From assembly GCA_046290225.1 (NCBI GenBank), contig JBKAGE010000037.1, positions 96,001-160,000 on the forward strand: a stretch of 64,000 bases of DNA. The letters are read 5' to 3'. The notes under the pieces were generated by a model that was not told the DNA's origin, did not search any database, and worked only from the letters and a program-made list of their open reading frames with translations. Below are positions 19,234 to 28,602 of the stretch, in pieces. The position numbers and the translations under genes are program-made. Within the stretch, counting starts at the first letter, position 1; the number at the start of each line of letters is the position of its first letter. The stretch comes from Bradymonadia bacterium (GTDB lineage: Bacteria > Myxococcota_A > Bradymonadia > UBA7976 > UBA1532).

Positions 19234-20928
19234 ATGCTCACCACGATCACCATTCGCAACTTCGCCATCATCGAGCGGACCGAGCTGGAGTTCGGCGCCG
19301 GACTCACCGTCATCACCGGTGAAACCGGCGCCGGCAAGTCGATCTTGATCGACGCCCTCAACCTCGTGCTCGGGGGCCGCGCCTCCACTGAGGTCATCCG
19401 TTCGGGTGAAGACAAGGCCAGCGTCGAGGCGGTCTTCGACGTGACCCGGGCCGCCGATCTCAGAGGTCGGCTCGACGCCTACGGCATCGAGACCGGCGCC
19501 GAGCTGCTGGTACGCCGCGTGCTCTCTCGCAGCGGCCGTCACCGGGTGTATCTCAACGGCACTCTCGCCACGGTGAACATGCTCGCCGAGATCGCCGGCG
19601 GCCTCGTCGATATCTCCGGGCAGCACGAACACTACAGTTTGCTGCGCACCGATTTTCACCTCGACCTGCTCGATCGCGTGGCGGGCCTCGACACCAAACG
19701 CGCGGCAGTGGCCAAAGCCCACGCCGCCATCGCCAGCATCGACCGCGAGCTCGCCGACATCGAAGGGCAGGAGCGCACCCGCCTCGAGCGCGAGGAGTTC
19801 CTGAAGTTTCAGCTCAGAGAGCTCGAAGACGCCCGCCTGGACGATCCGAACGAGGAAGAAGAGCTCGAGCAGGAGGCCATCCGGCTGGGCAATGCCGAGC
19901 GGCTGCGTCAGGAAGCCCTCGATGCCGAGGCCGCCCTCTACACCGTGGACGGCTCTGCAGTCGAGCGCCTGGAGATGGCCGTACGGGCAGCACAGGCCCT
20001 CGGCGAGCTCGATGCAGATCTCAAACCCCTCGCCGACGATCTGCACAGCGCCCTGGCCATTGCTGAAGAGGCCGCCCGCACCCTCGGTCAATATGCCCAT
20101 CAAATCTCGGGTGACCCACAGCGGCTCGACGAGATCCACAGCCGCCTCGCCCTCTTCGCTCGCCTGCGTCGCCGCTTCGGCGCCGATCTCACCGAGGTGA
20201 TCGCCCGGCGAGACGCCATGCGGGCCGAACTCTCATCTCTCGGGGGGATGGACGCCCGCATCGCCGAGCTCAAGGCCAAACGCGCTGACGCCGGCGCCGC
20301 TCTGGTCCGCACCGCCAAAGCGCTCACCGACGCCCGTAAGGCCGGCGCCGCGTGGCTCTCCGAGGCCGTCGCTGGCGAGCTCGCCGACTTGGGCATGCCC
20401 CGCGCCATCTCTCAGGTGGCCATCGAGCCTCTGGAGCGAGGCCTCGAGTTCGACGGGCGCTTCTTCAGCCCCCGGGGGGCCGACAAGGTCGAGCTGCGCT
20501 TCAGCGCCAACCCCGGCTCACCCCCTCAGCCTTTGTCGAAGATCGCATCTGGAGGCGAGTTGTCGCGGTTCATGCTCGCCGTCAAGCGCATCATCGCGGA
20601 GCGAGATCCAGTGCCCACCTATGTCTTCGACGAAGTGGACAGTGGCGTTGGTGGGCCCACCGCTGTAGCCATCGGCCGCAAGCTCAAGGCGGTGAGTGTC
20701 AGGCGCCAGGCTTTGTGCATCACGCACTTGCCTCAGATCGCCGCGCTCGCCGATCGACATCTGCACGTGAGCAAGAACATCGAGGGCGATCAGACCACCA
20801 GCGAAGTCACCGAGCTCGATCGCAATGGTCGAATCGAAGAGCTCGCGCGTATGTTGGGGGGGACGGCGATCACGGGCACGACCCGGGCCCACGCCGAAGA
20901 GATGCTGCACCAGGGCGGCGCAGCCTGA
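19234..20928 (+). CDS. recN: DNA repair protein RecN
   Basis: MLTTITIRNFAIIE, Walker A TGETGAGKS, ASGGELSR, FDEVDSGVGG, ITHLPQIAA, ELARMLGG. Confidence 0.97.
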   Translation: MLTTITIRNFAIIERTELEFGAGLTVITGETGAGKSILIDALNLVLGGRASTEVIRSGEDKASVEAVFDVTRAADLRGRLDAYGIETGAELLVRRVLSRSGRHRVYLNGTLATVNMLAEIAGGLVDISGQHEHYSLLRTDFHLDLLDRVAGLDTKRAAVAKAHAAIASIDRELADIEGQERTRLEREEFLKFQLRELEDARLDDPNEEEELEQEAIRLGNAERLRQEALDAEAALYTVDGSAVERLEMAVRAAQALGELDADLKPLADDLHSALAIAEEAARTLGQYAHQISGDPQRLDEIHSRLALFARLRRRFGADLTEVIARRDAMRAELSSLGGMDARIAELKAKRADAGAALVRTAKALTDARKAGAAWLSEAVAGELADLGMPRAISQVAIEPLERGLEFDGRFFSPRGADKVELRFSANPGSPPQPLSKIASGGELSRFMLAVKRIIAERDPVPTYVFDEVDSGVGGPTAVAIGRKLKAVSVRRQALCITHLPQIAALADRHLHVSKNIEGDQTTSEVTELDRNGRIEELARMLGGTAITGTTRAHAEEMLHQGGAA

Positions 20929-20935
20929 GGCGCGT

Positions 20936-21874
20936 TCAGAAGAGCAGCAGCTCACCCGCTTCTGGGGTCTCACTGTCGTCGAAGAGCGTCTCGCCCATGC
21001 GGGCGCCGATCTCAGTGTGCACTTCTTTGGCGATGGCCCAGTCATCGGGCCGCTCACCAAGAGCCTCAGCCACCTCTCGCTGAAGCTCAACGAAGAGTGT
21101 GTCGATGCGCATCAGGCGCTGAGCCACGGGATCTTGAAACTGCAAATGGGAGATCGCCTTATGAGAGGCAGTCACGATCTCAGCGCCGTGGCTCTCACCG
21201 ATCTCCATCGTCTGCTGTGTCAGGTCTTCGAGCATGTCCACCCCCTGATCCATCTGCTCGACGAGGGCCTGAAAATCTCGAGAGAAGCTCTCAGTCTGCT
21301 CACTGAGCACCTCCCCTTGCTCGATGCACACTGGCAGCGCGCCGAGCAATCCCTCAGCGAGACGGGCGACCTCAGTGTTCGCCTCGGAGACTCTGGCGCT
21401 CATGCGCTGCATCTCAGCAGCGATGACCTCGAAGGCAGCCCCTTGCTCACCCAGACGTTGAGACTCGATCTGGGCATTGAGCGACAAAATTCGAGATGAG
21501 CTCGCCAAGGCTCGGATCGCCTCGCCGATGCGCAAGATCCCCTTCGACTGAGCCTCAGCGTCGATGAGCGCTTTGCTCTGGCGGTCTTGTGCCGATCGCA
21601 CATTCACCATGAAGTCCGTGATCATCTCGTGCTGTTGGCGTGCGACGCGGTGTAGGGCGCTGCGGCCGTCCTCGTCTTGCAAGGCTGAGATGGCTACCCG
21701 CGTCATCTCGATTTGAGAGCTCGCCGTCTCGACGATCTCGTGCACCGCTGTGCCGGTGTTGATGACCTCTGCCTCTGTCGTCTGATTCGCCTCAGAGATC
21801 ACCGACTGAATGGCATCTCGGACGCGCTCGAGCGTGGTCTTGACCACCTCTGCTTTGTGGGCGCTCACGTCCAT
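20936..21874 (-). CDS. Soluble MCP-signalling-domain protein with C-terminal LQFQD (CheZ-like) motif
   Basis: MCP hairpin tip LSLNAQIESQRLGEQGAAFEVIAAEMQRMS, no TM segment, then LQFQDPVAQRL and a terminal GELLLF. Confidence 0.8.
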   Translation of the reverse strand: MDVSAHKAEVVKTTLERVRDAIQSVISEANQTTEAEVINTGTAVHEIVETASSQIEMTRVAISALQDEDGRSALHRVARQQHEMITDFMVNVRSAQDRQSKALIDAEAQSKGILRIGEAIRALASSSRILSLNAQIESQRLGEQGAAFEVIAAEMQRMSARVSEANTEVARLAEGLLGALPVCIEQGEVLSEQTESFSRDFQALVEQMDQGVDMLEDLTQQTMEIGESHGAEIVTASHKAISHLQFQDPVAQRLMRIDTLFVELQREVAEALGERPDDWAIAKEVHTEIGARMGETLFDDSETPEAGELLLF

Positions 21875-21902
21875 CTCCTTTTTCGGAAACCGGTTGGCGT
21901 TC

Positions 21903-22277
21903 TCAGGCGGCGGTCAATTTCCGGGCCGCAGCGACGAGCTGGTCGGCCTTGAAAGGTTTCACGATCCACCCCTTGGCACCGGCGGCCTTGGCCCGCTTGA
22001 TCAGCGCTGGCTGCCCTTCGGTCGTGAGCATGATTACGGGTAACTGAGGCCGTTGCCCTCCGCCCTTGACCCGCTCCAACATCTCCAAGCCATTCATACG
22101 TGGCATGTTGACATCACAGATCACCATAGAGATGTCGGTCTGACGCTCTATAGTCTCTGCCCCCTCCTGACCATCAACAGCTTCCAACACCTGGAAGCCA
22201 ACCTGACGCAACGCAAGGGAGACTTGCTGACGCACAGTGGCAGAGTCGTCGACGATGAGAATACGCTTACCAGACAC
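21903..22277 (-). CDS. cheY: CheY-like single-domain response regulator
   Basis: ILIVDDS, CDVNMPRMNG (phospho-Asp), MLTTE, AGAKGWIVKPF. GGAGGAG RBS. Confidence 0.93.
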   Translation of the reverse strand: MSGKRILIVDDSATVRQQVSLALRQVGFQVLEAVDGQEGAETIERQTDISMVICDVNMPRMNGLEMLERVKGGGQRPQLPVIMLTTEGQPALIKRAKAAGAKGWIVKPFKADQLVAAARKLTAA

Positions 22278-22668
22278 GTTCGCTCCTCCATCAAGTCAAG
22301 CGCATGTTGCGATGACTCATCTTGAATCACCGTCTGTTCAGTGCAGGCCTGATTGTTCACGTACAATGTGGTTCGGACATCTTTACCAAATACTGAAGCC
22401 TGAGAACTCCGGCGATCTCACTTGACCCAGGCATCTTGACTCTGCAGGGCTTCCCCAAAGTTGTCCCCCTCCATACCCACAGTAAAACCCCAACCTTTTC
22501 AATCCAGTACCCAGTGTCCTTCTCATCCAGCCCTTAGGGGTCCGGCATGACCCCCCCTCAATTGTACTTGAGTTCTGACCCCCAACGCGCCGTACCCCCC
22601 CCTGTCTTTGTGAGCACTGGCGAGACGATGTCGATGAAACCAAACCACACGCACAAGGGGAACAAGTC

Positions 22669-23406
22669 GTGAGCCACCAGACTCCACGACCACAGACCTC
22701 ATGGCTGAGGCGGTGCATGCTGCTCTTGACCATGATGATGCTGGTCGTGCCTGCGCAAGCGCTGGCAGAATCAACGCTCTACGTGTTCCTGCCGAGCAAC
22801 GTTCGGCCCAAGAAGCTCGAGAAGCTTCTCTCCGAGCACATGCCTGGGGTCACGGTGGTGGCCTTTGGGCGGGTCAAAGACTTCGAGAAGACTCTGGCCT
22901 CGACGCCACCAGATGCCATTCTCACTGTAAGTCCCATGGTGGACGCCGTGGGGATGAAGGCCAGCCTGCTCGGCACCCGTGGGGGGACTGACTCCGAGCC
23001 GCTCTTCCTCATCGCCGTGGGCCAGGTAGCAGATCAAAGCGCCCTGGAGGGTAAGACCGTGGGCATGGTCGATCTGCTTGGGCGCAAACGCATGAAGAAG
23101 CTGGTGGCCAAATTGCTCAACCTCGGCAAGCCCAAGGTGAAACGGGTGACCAAGCCTGCCGACTTGTTGCCTCTCTTGCAGTTCGAAGCGGCTGATTTGC
23201 TGCTGGTGCCCGAAGGGTATGTCGCTGAGCTCAAGAGTGGCACGGAGCTCGACCTCAAGACCAAAGGCCTGGGCGCAGCCCGCATCGGCCTACCCGCTCT
23301 TGCCCTTCGGGAGGGTGGCAATGGCGGTGGTCTCGTCGACGCGATCAAGAAACTGCCCAAGACCGTGAACTCCAAATTGGGGGTGGAATCATGGAAAGCA
23401 AAATGA
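22669..23406 (+). CDS. Secreted periplasmic-binding-protein-like protein (phosphonate-binding-like class II fold, tentative)
   Basis: Signal peptide ending AQALA-E and a LEGKTVGMVD motif typical of class II SBPs. First gene of the rightward operon. Confidence 0.7.
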   Translation: MSHQTPRPQTSWLRRCMLLLTMMMLVVPAQALAESTLYVFLPSNVRPKKLEKLLSEHMPGVTVVAFGRVKDFEKTLASTPPDAILTVSPMVDAVGMKASLLGTRGGTDSEPLFLIAVGQVADQSALEGKTVGMVDLLGRKRMKKLVAKLLNLGKPKVKRVTKPADLLPLLQFEAADLLLVPEGYVAELKSGTELDLKTKGLGAARIGLPALALREGGNGGGLVDAIKKLPKTVNSKLGVESWKAK

Positions 23407-24416
23407 TGGCCCACCACGTGAAAACGCTGTTGTTGATTTCTGTGTGTGTGCTCCTGGCCAGCTGTGGTGGCCAGAAAGCCAAACAGAACGAGGGCATCAC
23501 CTTTGTCGACCCGCCGCGTCGGGAGGGCACTGAGGCTGTGCTGGTCATGTTGCCCGCGAACTCAGCCTCCGCTGAGGTGCGTCAGGGCCTGCTGGAGTCC
23601 GTAGGCGAGGAATACGACATCGTCACCCGCGTCGTCGGCGGCAAAGTCACTGCTGACGACATCAACACAGCGATGACTGAGGTGTCTCCTGCAGCAGTGG
23701 TCTTGCTGAACAACGCCACCATCAAGGCGTACAAAGCCTGGCAGAAAACTCAGGGTGACGACAAAGAGTTTCCCCCTGCCATGTTGCTGATGGCCTCCTA
23801 CCTCAAAGAATTTGCCGGAGACGTGCAAGCAGCCACGGGGATCGTCTATGAGATTCCCAGCGTCAGCATCTTCTCCAACCTGCGCAAGCTGGTGAAGCAC
23901 GAGGTCAAACGCGTCGGTGTACTGCATCGACCCAACCTGAAGACCTTCATCGAAGGGCAACAGAAGCTCGCAGCCATCGAGAAGTTCGAACTCGTGGCCG
24001 TGGAGATGCCCGCTGATCCGGACGCTCGGGAAGTTCGCCGGGCAGTCCGCCGACTCTCTAAGGAAGTTGACGCATTGTGGGTGCTCAATGACAACGGCCT
24101 GCTCACCTCCAAGATGCTCACGAAGGCTTGGGTGCCGGGCCTGAGGCGCAACACTCTGCCCGTGGTGGTGGGGGTCAAGGCCCTCGTGGCCGAGCAGGCT
24201 GTCCTCGGCACCTTCGCCGTGCTGCCCGATCACATGGAGATGGGCCTGCAGGCCGGGAACATGCTGCTGGAGATCGCCGACGAAGACTGGACCACTGAAG
24301 GGGGCTTTGAGCAACCCATCGCTGTAAAGACGGTCATGCACGTTGGCTTCGCTCGGGATCACCTGGGTCTCATCGAGGATCGCAAAGACCGGATCAACGT
24401 GCTCGTAGGTCAGTGA
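23391..24416 (+). CDS. ABC-type substrate-binding-like lipoprotein (class I PBP)
   Basis: Lipobox LASC. TGIVYEIP...VKRVGVL...VDALWVLND pattern of the ABC_sub_bind-like family. Overlaps the upstream gene. Confidence 0.75.
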   Translation: MESKMMAHHVKTLLLISVCVLLASCGGQKAKQNEGITFVDPPRREGTEAVLVMLPANSASAEVRQGLLESVGEEYDIVTRVVGGKVTADDINTAMTEVSPAAVVLLNNATIKAYKAWQKTQGDDKEFPPAMLLMASYLKEFAGDVQAATGIVYEIPSVSIFSNLRKLVKHEVKRVGVLHRPNLKTFIEGQQKLAAIEKFELVAVEMPADPDAREVRRAVRRLSKEVDALWVLNDNGLLTSKMLTKAWVPGLRRNTLPVVVGVKALVAEQAVLGTFAVLPDHMEMGLQAGNMLLEIADEDWTTEGGFEQPIAVKTVMHVGFARDHLGLIEDRKDRINVLVGQ

Positions 24417-24697
24417 ATCACTGACCACCGCCCCACCTCATCACTCCCCCACCACACAAGATTGATGTCATTGAGCATAGATGACTATTGCTCATACACC
24501 CCGTTCCTCCCCAAACGCTCATCAAAGACTCAGCTTCTATATTTTGTGGGTACCCACCGTCCCACCCATAGAGTGCCCACCAGAATCACCCGAAGGCTAA
24601 CTGAGACCACACACAGGTCCGTCACGTTTTGTCCCAGCACACAGTGCCGGGTGACCGCTCTCTGAGAGAGCCAAAACTCCTCATGGGGAGATACGAC

Positions 24698-26131
24698 ATG
24701 CACGCATTCAAGAAGATCACAGCCGTTTCCCTTGCCCTGAGCATCGCAGGTGTCACCGGCTGCGGCGGAGACGAAGAGCAGGCCAGCGCAGGCACTTCGT
24801 TCAAATACCAGAGCGTCACCGGCAAGTGCCAGGTCCTCGCCGAGGGCGACGTCTACATGGGCATCGCCGTCTCCGTAGGTGGTGACGTCTGGCCCGTAGC
24901 CGAGTTCATCGACATCGCCAACCTCGCCGTCACTGAGATCAACAACCAGGGCGGCCTCGGCGACAAGGGGCAGCTCGGGGCGATCCTCTGCGACACTGAG
25001 TGCCTGCCCGAAACCGGCACCGCCGTCTTCGACGAGCTGCTCGACGCCAAGAACAGCAACGGCATCGACGTTCCCCTCATCGTGGGCCCCTCGTGCAGCT
25101 ACGTCGCTGTGGAGGTCATCGACAAGGCCAAGGCCGCCAACGTCGCGGTCATCGGCTCGAGCACCGAGAGCACCGAGCTGACCAGCTTCGACGATGGTGA
25201 CTACTACTTCCGCTCGATCGCCTCGAGCGCTCAGCTGGGCACCGCCCAGGGGGCGTACCTGGCCTCGGAGCAGCAGCTCGACAAGCTGGCGGTGCTCTAC
25301 CCCGTGGACGCCTGGGGCCCCGGCATGGCCTTCGAGACCTCGAACAAGTTCGCCGAGGTCACCGTGGCGCAGGGCTGCGAGGCCGGCACCAGCGATGTCA
25401 CCGGCGACGGCGAGGATGACGTGCTCAGCATGAACTGCCCCACTGAGATTCAGCTGCTGCCCTACCGCTACCTCGACGAAGACAACACCACCCCGGAGTT
25501 CGACGGCGCCGCCATCGCCGCCGCCCTCGACAACTTCACCACCGAGGGTCAAAACGTCGGCGTGTTCCTCATCGGCTACGAGGCTGACACCTTCATCGCC
25601 AGCCTGCTCAGCGAGATCAACCGCCAGGAGTGGAGCAACGGCGCGCCCTATGTCGAGCTGACCAACACCATGACCACCGAGTTCTGGAACATCGTCGGCG
25701 ACTCTGATCTGCTCGAGGGCATCGGTGGCATCACCGCCAAGGCGCCCGACTCTGCCGCAGCGCAGCACTTCGCAGAGGCGATCCTCGCCGCCACCGGCAG
25801 CGAGGTGCAGAACTACTGGGGCAACCTGTACGACGCCATCTACCTCGGCGCCGCCGCCATGGCCATCGCCCCCGACGCCACCAACGGCCCCGGCGTGCGC
25901 GACAGTCTGCGCAAGACCGGCACCGGCACCAAGGTGTCCGTGGGTGACTGGGCCGGCATCCTCGCCGCCGCTCAGGCCGACGGCCAGGTGGACATCGACG
26001 GCGCAACGGGCCCCCAGGACTTCGACGCCAACGGTGACGTGTCGTCACTGTTCACCCACCAGCGATTCAACAGCTCCGGTCAGTATGAGACCAGCGGCTG
26101 CTGGCTCGGCGACGGCACGCCCTGCGAATAA
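24698..26131 (+). CDS. LivJ/branched-chain amino acid-type substrate-binding lipoprotein
   Basis: GGGGAG RBS, lipobox VTGC, AVTEINNQGG, IVGPSCS, YYFRS, YDAIYL, GATGPQDFDANGD. Confidence 0.85.
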   Translation: MHAFKKITAVSLALSIAGVTGCGGDEEQASAGTSFKYQSVTGKCQVLAEGDVYMGIAVSVGGDVWPVAEFIDIANLAVTEINNQGGLGDKGQLGAILCDTECLPETGTAVFDELLDAKNSNGIDVPLIVGPSCSYVAVEVIDKAKAANVAVIGSSTESTELTSFDDGDYYFRSIASSAQLGTAQGAYLASEQQLDKLAVLYPVDAWGPGMAFETSNKFAEVTVAQGCEAGTSDVTGDGEDDVLSMNCPTEIQLLPYRYLDEDNTTPEFDGAAIAAALDNFTTEGQNVGVFLIGYEADTFIASLLSEINRQEWSNGAPYVELTNTMTTEFWNIVGDSDLLEGIGGITAKAPDSAAAQHFAEAILAATGSEVQNYWGNLYDAIYLGAAAMAIAPDATNGPGVRDSLRKTGTGTKVSVGDWAGILAAAQADGQVDIDGATGPQDFDANGDVSSLFTHQRFNSSGQYETSGCWLGDGTPCE

Positions 26132-26204
26132 GGTTAACTCGGTCCTTCCTCAAGCCGATGCCCCGGGGGGGGCTGGCGTTGTCAAGATACAGGAATCGAT
26201 ATCC

Positions 26205-28526
26205 ATGATGTTGTTCACACGCCCCACCCTCGCCAAGGTGTTTGCCAAGGCACCTGCCAAGGTACTTGTCACAGCATTGGCGCTGAGCTGCGCCTCTGCA
26301 CCTGGGCAAGCCTCTGCAGAGGAAGACGAGCTCGACCTCGCCGCACTGCTGAACCTCAACGTGGTGGTCGCCGCCACAGGTAAAGCACAGTCGGTACGCG
26401 ACGCGCCGGCGATCATCTCCAGTATCAATGGTGATGAGATTCGCGCCGCCGGGTACCGCACCGTGGGCGAGGCTCTTCGCAACATCCCCGGGCTCTCGGT
26501 CATCGAAGATCACGTCAACACCAACGTCGGTGTGCGCGGGTTCTTCTCGAACAGCGACTCGGCAAACGACATCATCAAGGTGATGATCAACAGCCAGCCG
26601 GTGGCCTTCAGGCCCACGTCGAGCAACTACCTGGGCTTCGATCTGATCCCCATCGAGGCGGTGCAACGCATCGAGGTGATCCGTGGCCCCGCCTCAGCCC
26701 TCTATGGCGCCAACGCCTACCTCGGCGTGGTGAACGTGGTGACCAAGACCGGGGCCGACATCAGCAAGTCTGGCATCGGTGGTGAGGCGAAGGCCGAAGC
26801 CTTCATCGCCCAAAACGACGAAGAGACGACGTTCAACCAGAGCGGCAGCTTCGTCGTGGGCGGCACTCTGGGCAAAGCCAAGCTGATGCTCTCAGGTACG
26901 CTGCTCAGCGCAGATCGCTCTGGATTGGCGCTCCCTGATCCGCCCGCTTCCCCAGGCTGGGGCAACACCCGAGCCCAAGAGGCGTTCCGAGCAGCGGCGC
27001 CAAGCGAGAACGACACCGCGGTGGAGGCCTCGGTGTACGGTCTCGGCAGCCTTGAGCTCGACGGTGTGGGCACGCTCACCCTGGACACTCACTTCCAATA
27101 CCGGGACAAAGGCGGCGAGTTCCTCGGTGACACGGCCCTCACCCACGGGACCCGCATTGCTGAATCCAACCTCTTCGCCCGGCTGCAGTTCCAGTCGACC
27201 CGCCCCAAGAAGGGCGTGGGCTTCTACTGGGACGCCACGCTGAGCTACGCCCGGAGCGGCCCTCTCGAGGCCGATGTCATCATCGATGAGAGCAGCCCCG
27301 ACATCGATTTGGAGCGCAACTTCGGCGGTCAAGCCATCGGCGGCGTGCTCGAGCTCAACTATGGCTTCTCGGAAGACACGATCCTCACGGTGGGCTTCGA
27401 CATCGACCACGACATGGAAGATTTGCTCACCATCGAAGAGGTCGACGGCAACGGCGTGGTGAACGAGAAAGATGGCTACGGCGATCGAGACTTCACCAAC
27501 ATTGCCGGATACAGCCAGCTGATCCTGGGCCTCGCCGAGGGGCTCTCGCTCACCGCAGGCGCTCGCTTCGATCACAACAGCGCCATTGTCTGTAACAAGG
27601 ACGACGACTGGGACTGCTTCGGCAGCCAGACCACCGACGTGGCGGCGTCGACGAGCGGCAATGGTGAAGGCGAAGAGACTGACGGTGGCATGCTCCAGAT
27701 GTCGAGCAGGCTGGCGGTGGTCTACAACAACGAGGACTACGGCTTCTACACCAAGGTGGCCTATGGGTCGTCGTACAAGGCGCCGACGCCCTATCAGCTT
27801 TACCACGAGCGCGTGACCCGCAAGGGCACCATCGGTGAGCCCAGCCTCACGCCCCAGACCGCGGACACCTTCGAGGGTGTCGCGGGCTACGACATCACTG
27901 ATGACCTGACGATCACCCTTGGCGGGTTCCTGCTCGAGGCCAGCAACCTCGTGGTGTCGTTCCAGGGGGCCAACGTGGGCATCGAGAGTCGCAACGCAGA
28001 CGCGAGCTCCATGGGCATCGAGAGCGGGCTCACGTACAGCCCCGATCGCGATCTGGTGGTGAAGCTCAACGCCAGCTACCTGCTCAACGCCGAGATCGAG
28101 GCGAAGAAGCGCGCCGCGGAGACCGACACGAGCTTCGCCCTCAAACCCTTCGGTAAGGGTGCCGTGGATGCAGGCCGATACCCGGATCTCATGGCCAACC
28201 TGCACGTGGCTTACACGATGCCTACGGCGCACCTGCGCATCGGCGGCAACCTGAACTATGTCGGCGGCCGAAACGCCTCTTTGCTCAACAACATGGTGTT
28301 CAACGCCCGCGATCTCAACGACACATACACCCTTGATCCTTACATGCTCGCCCGGCTGAACCTCAGCACCACGGGGCTCTACCTCTTCACCGATGAGGCC
28401 GAGACCCAAATCAGCTTGATGTTCATGGGCACAGTGCTCGGAGACGAGGTCGGAGCGGGCTTCGGCGGCGTCGACGTACCTGGTTTGGGACCGCAAGTCT
28501 TCTTGAAGATCAACCAAGCCTTCTAA
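26205..28526 (+). CDS. TonB-dependent outer-membrane receptor
   Basis: Signal peptide, plug motifs DAPAIISSI...EALRNIPG and IPIEAVQRIEVIRGPASALYGANAYLGVVNVVTK, terminal Phe (KINQAF). Start trimmed from 25725. Confidence 0.92.
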   Translation: MMLFTRPTLAKVFAKAPAKVLVTALALSCASAPGQASAEEDELDLAALLNLNVVVAATGKAQSVRDAPAIISSINGDEIRAAGYRTVGEALRNIPGLSVIEDHVNTNVGVRGFFSNSDSANDIIKVMINSQPVAFRPTSSNYLGFDLIPIEAVQRIEVIRGPASALYGANAYLGVVNVVTKTGADISKSGIGGEAKAEAFIAQNDEETTFNQSGSFVVGGTLGKAKLMLSGTLLSADRSGLALPDPPASPGWGNTRAQEAFRAAAPSENDTAVEASVYGLGSLELDGVGTLTLDTHFQYRDKGGEFLGDTALTHGTRIAESNLFARLQFQSTRPKKGVGFYWDATLSYARSGPLEADVIIDESSPDIDLERNFGGQAIGGVLELNYGFSEDTILTVGFDIDHDMEDLLTIEEVDGNGVVNEKDGYGDRDFTNIAGYSQLILGLAEGLSLTAGARFDHNSAIVCNKDDDWDCFGSQTTDVAASTSGNGEGEETDGGMLQMSSRLAVVYNNEDYGFYTKVAYGSSYKAPTPYQLYHERVTRKGTIGEPSLTPQTADTFEGVAGYDITDDLTITLGGFLLEASNLVVSFQGANVGIESRNADASSMGIESGLTYSPDRDLVVKLNASYLLNAEIEAKKRAAETDTSFALKPFGKGAVDAGRYPDLMANLHVAYTMPTAHLRIGGNLNYVGGRNASLLNNMVFNARDLNDTYTLDPYMLARLNLSTTGLYLFTDEAETQISLMFMGTVLGDEVGAGFGGVDVPGLGPQVFLKINQAF

Positions 28527-28602
28527 GGCAGACCCGCCTCCTCAACTCATCTCTTCAATCACTCGAATCTATAGATAGCTCCACTTGCTCTGAGGCGTTC
28601 TC

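Noticed and set aside
24580..24690. Glycine riboswitch resemblance (CCGAAGG...CAGG...CTCTGAGAGAG)
   Set aside because: The conserved GGAGA and CTCAGG elements are missing or misplaced. Kept only as a generic structured leader.
25725..26204. 160-aa N-terminal extension of the TonB receptor ORF
   Set aside because: It overlaps the LivJ-like gene in another frame and has shadow-like composition. The signal peptide begins at ATG 26205.
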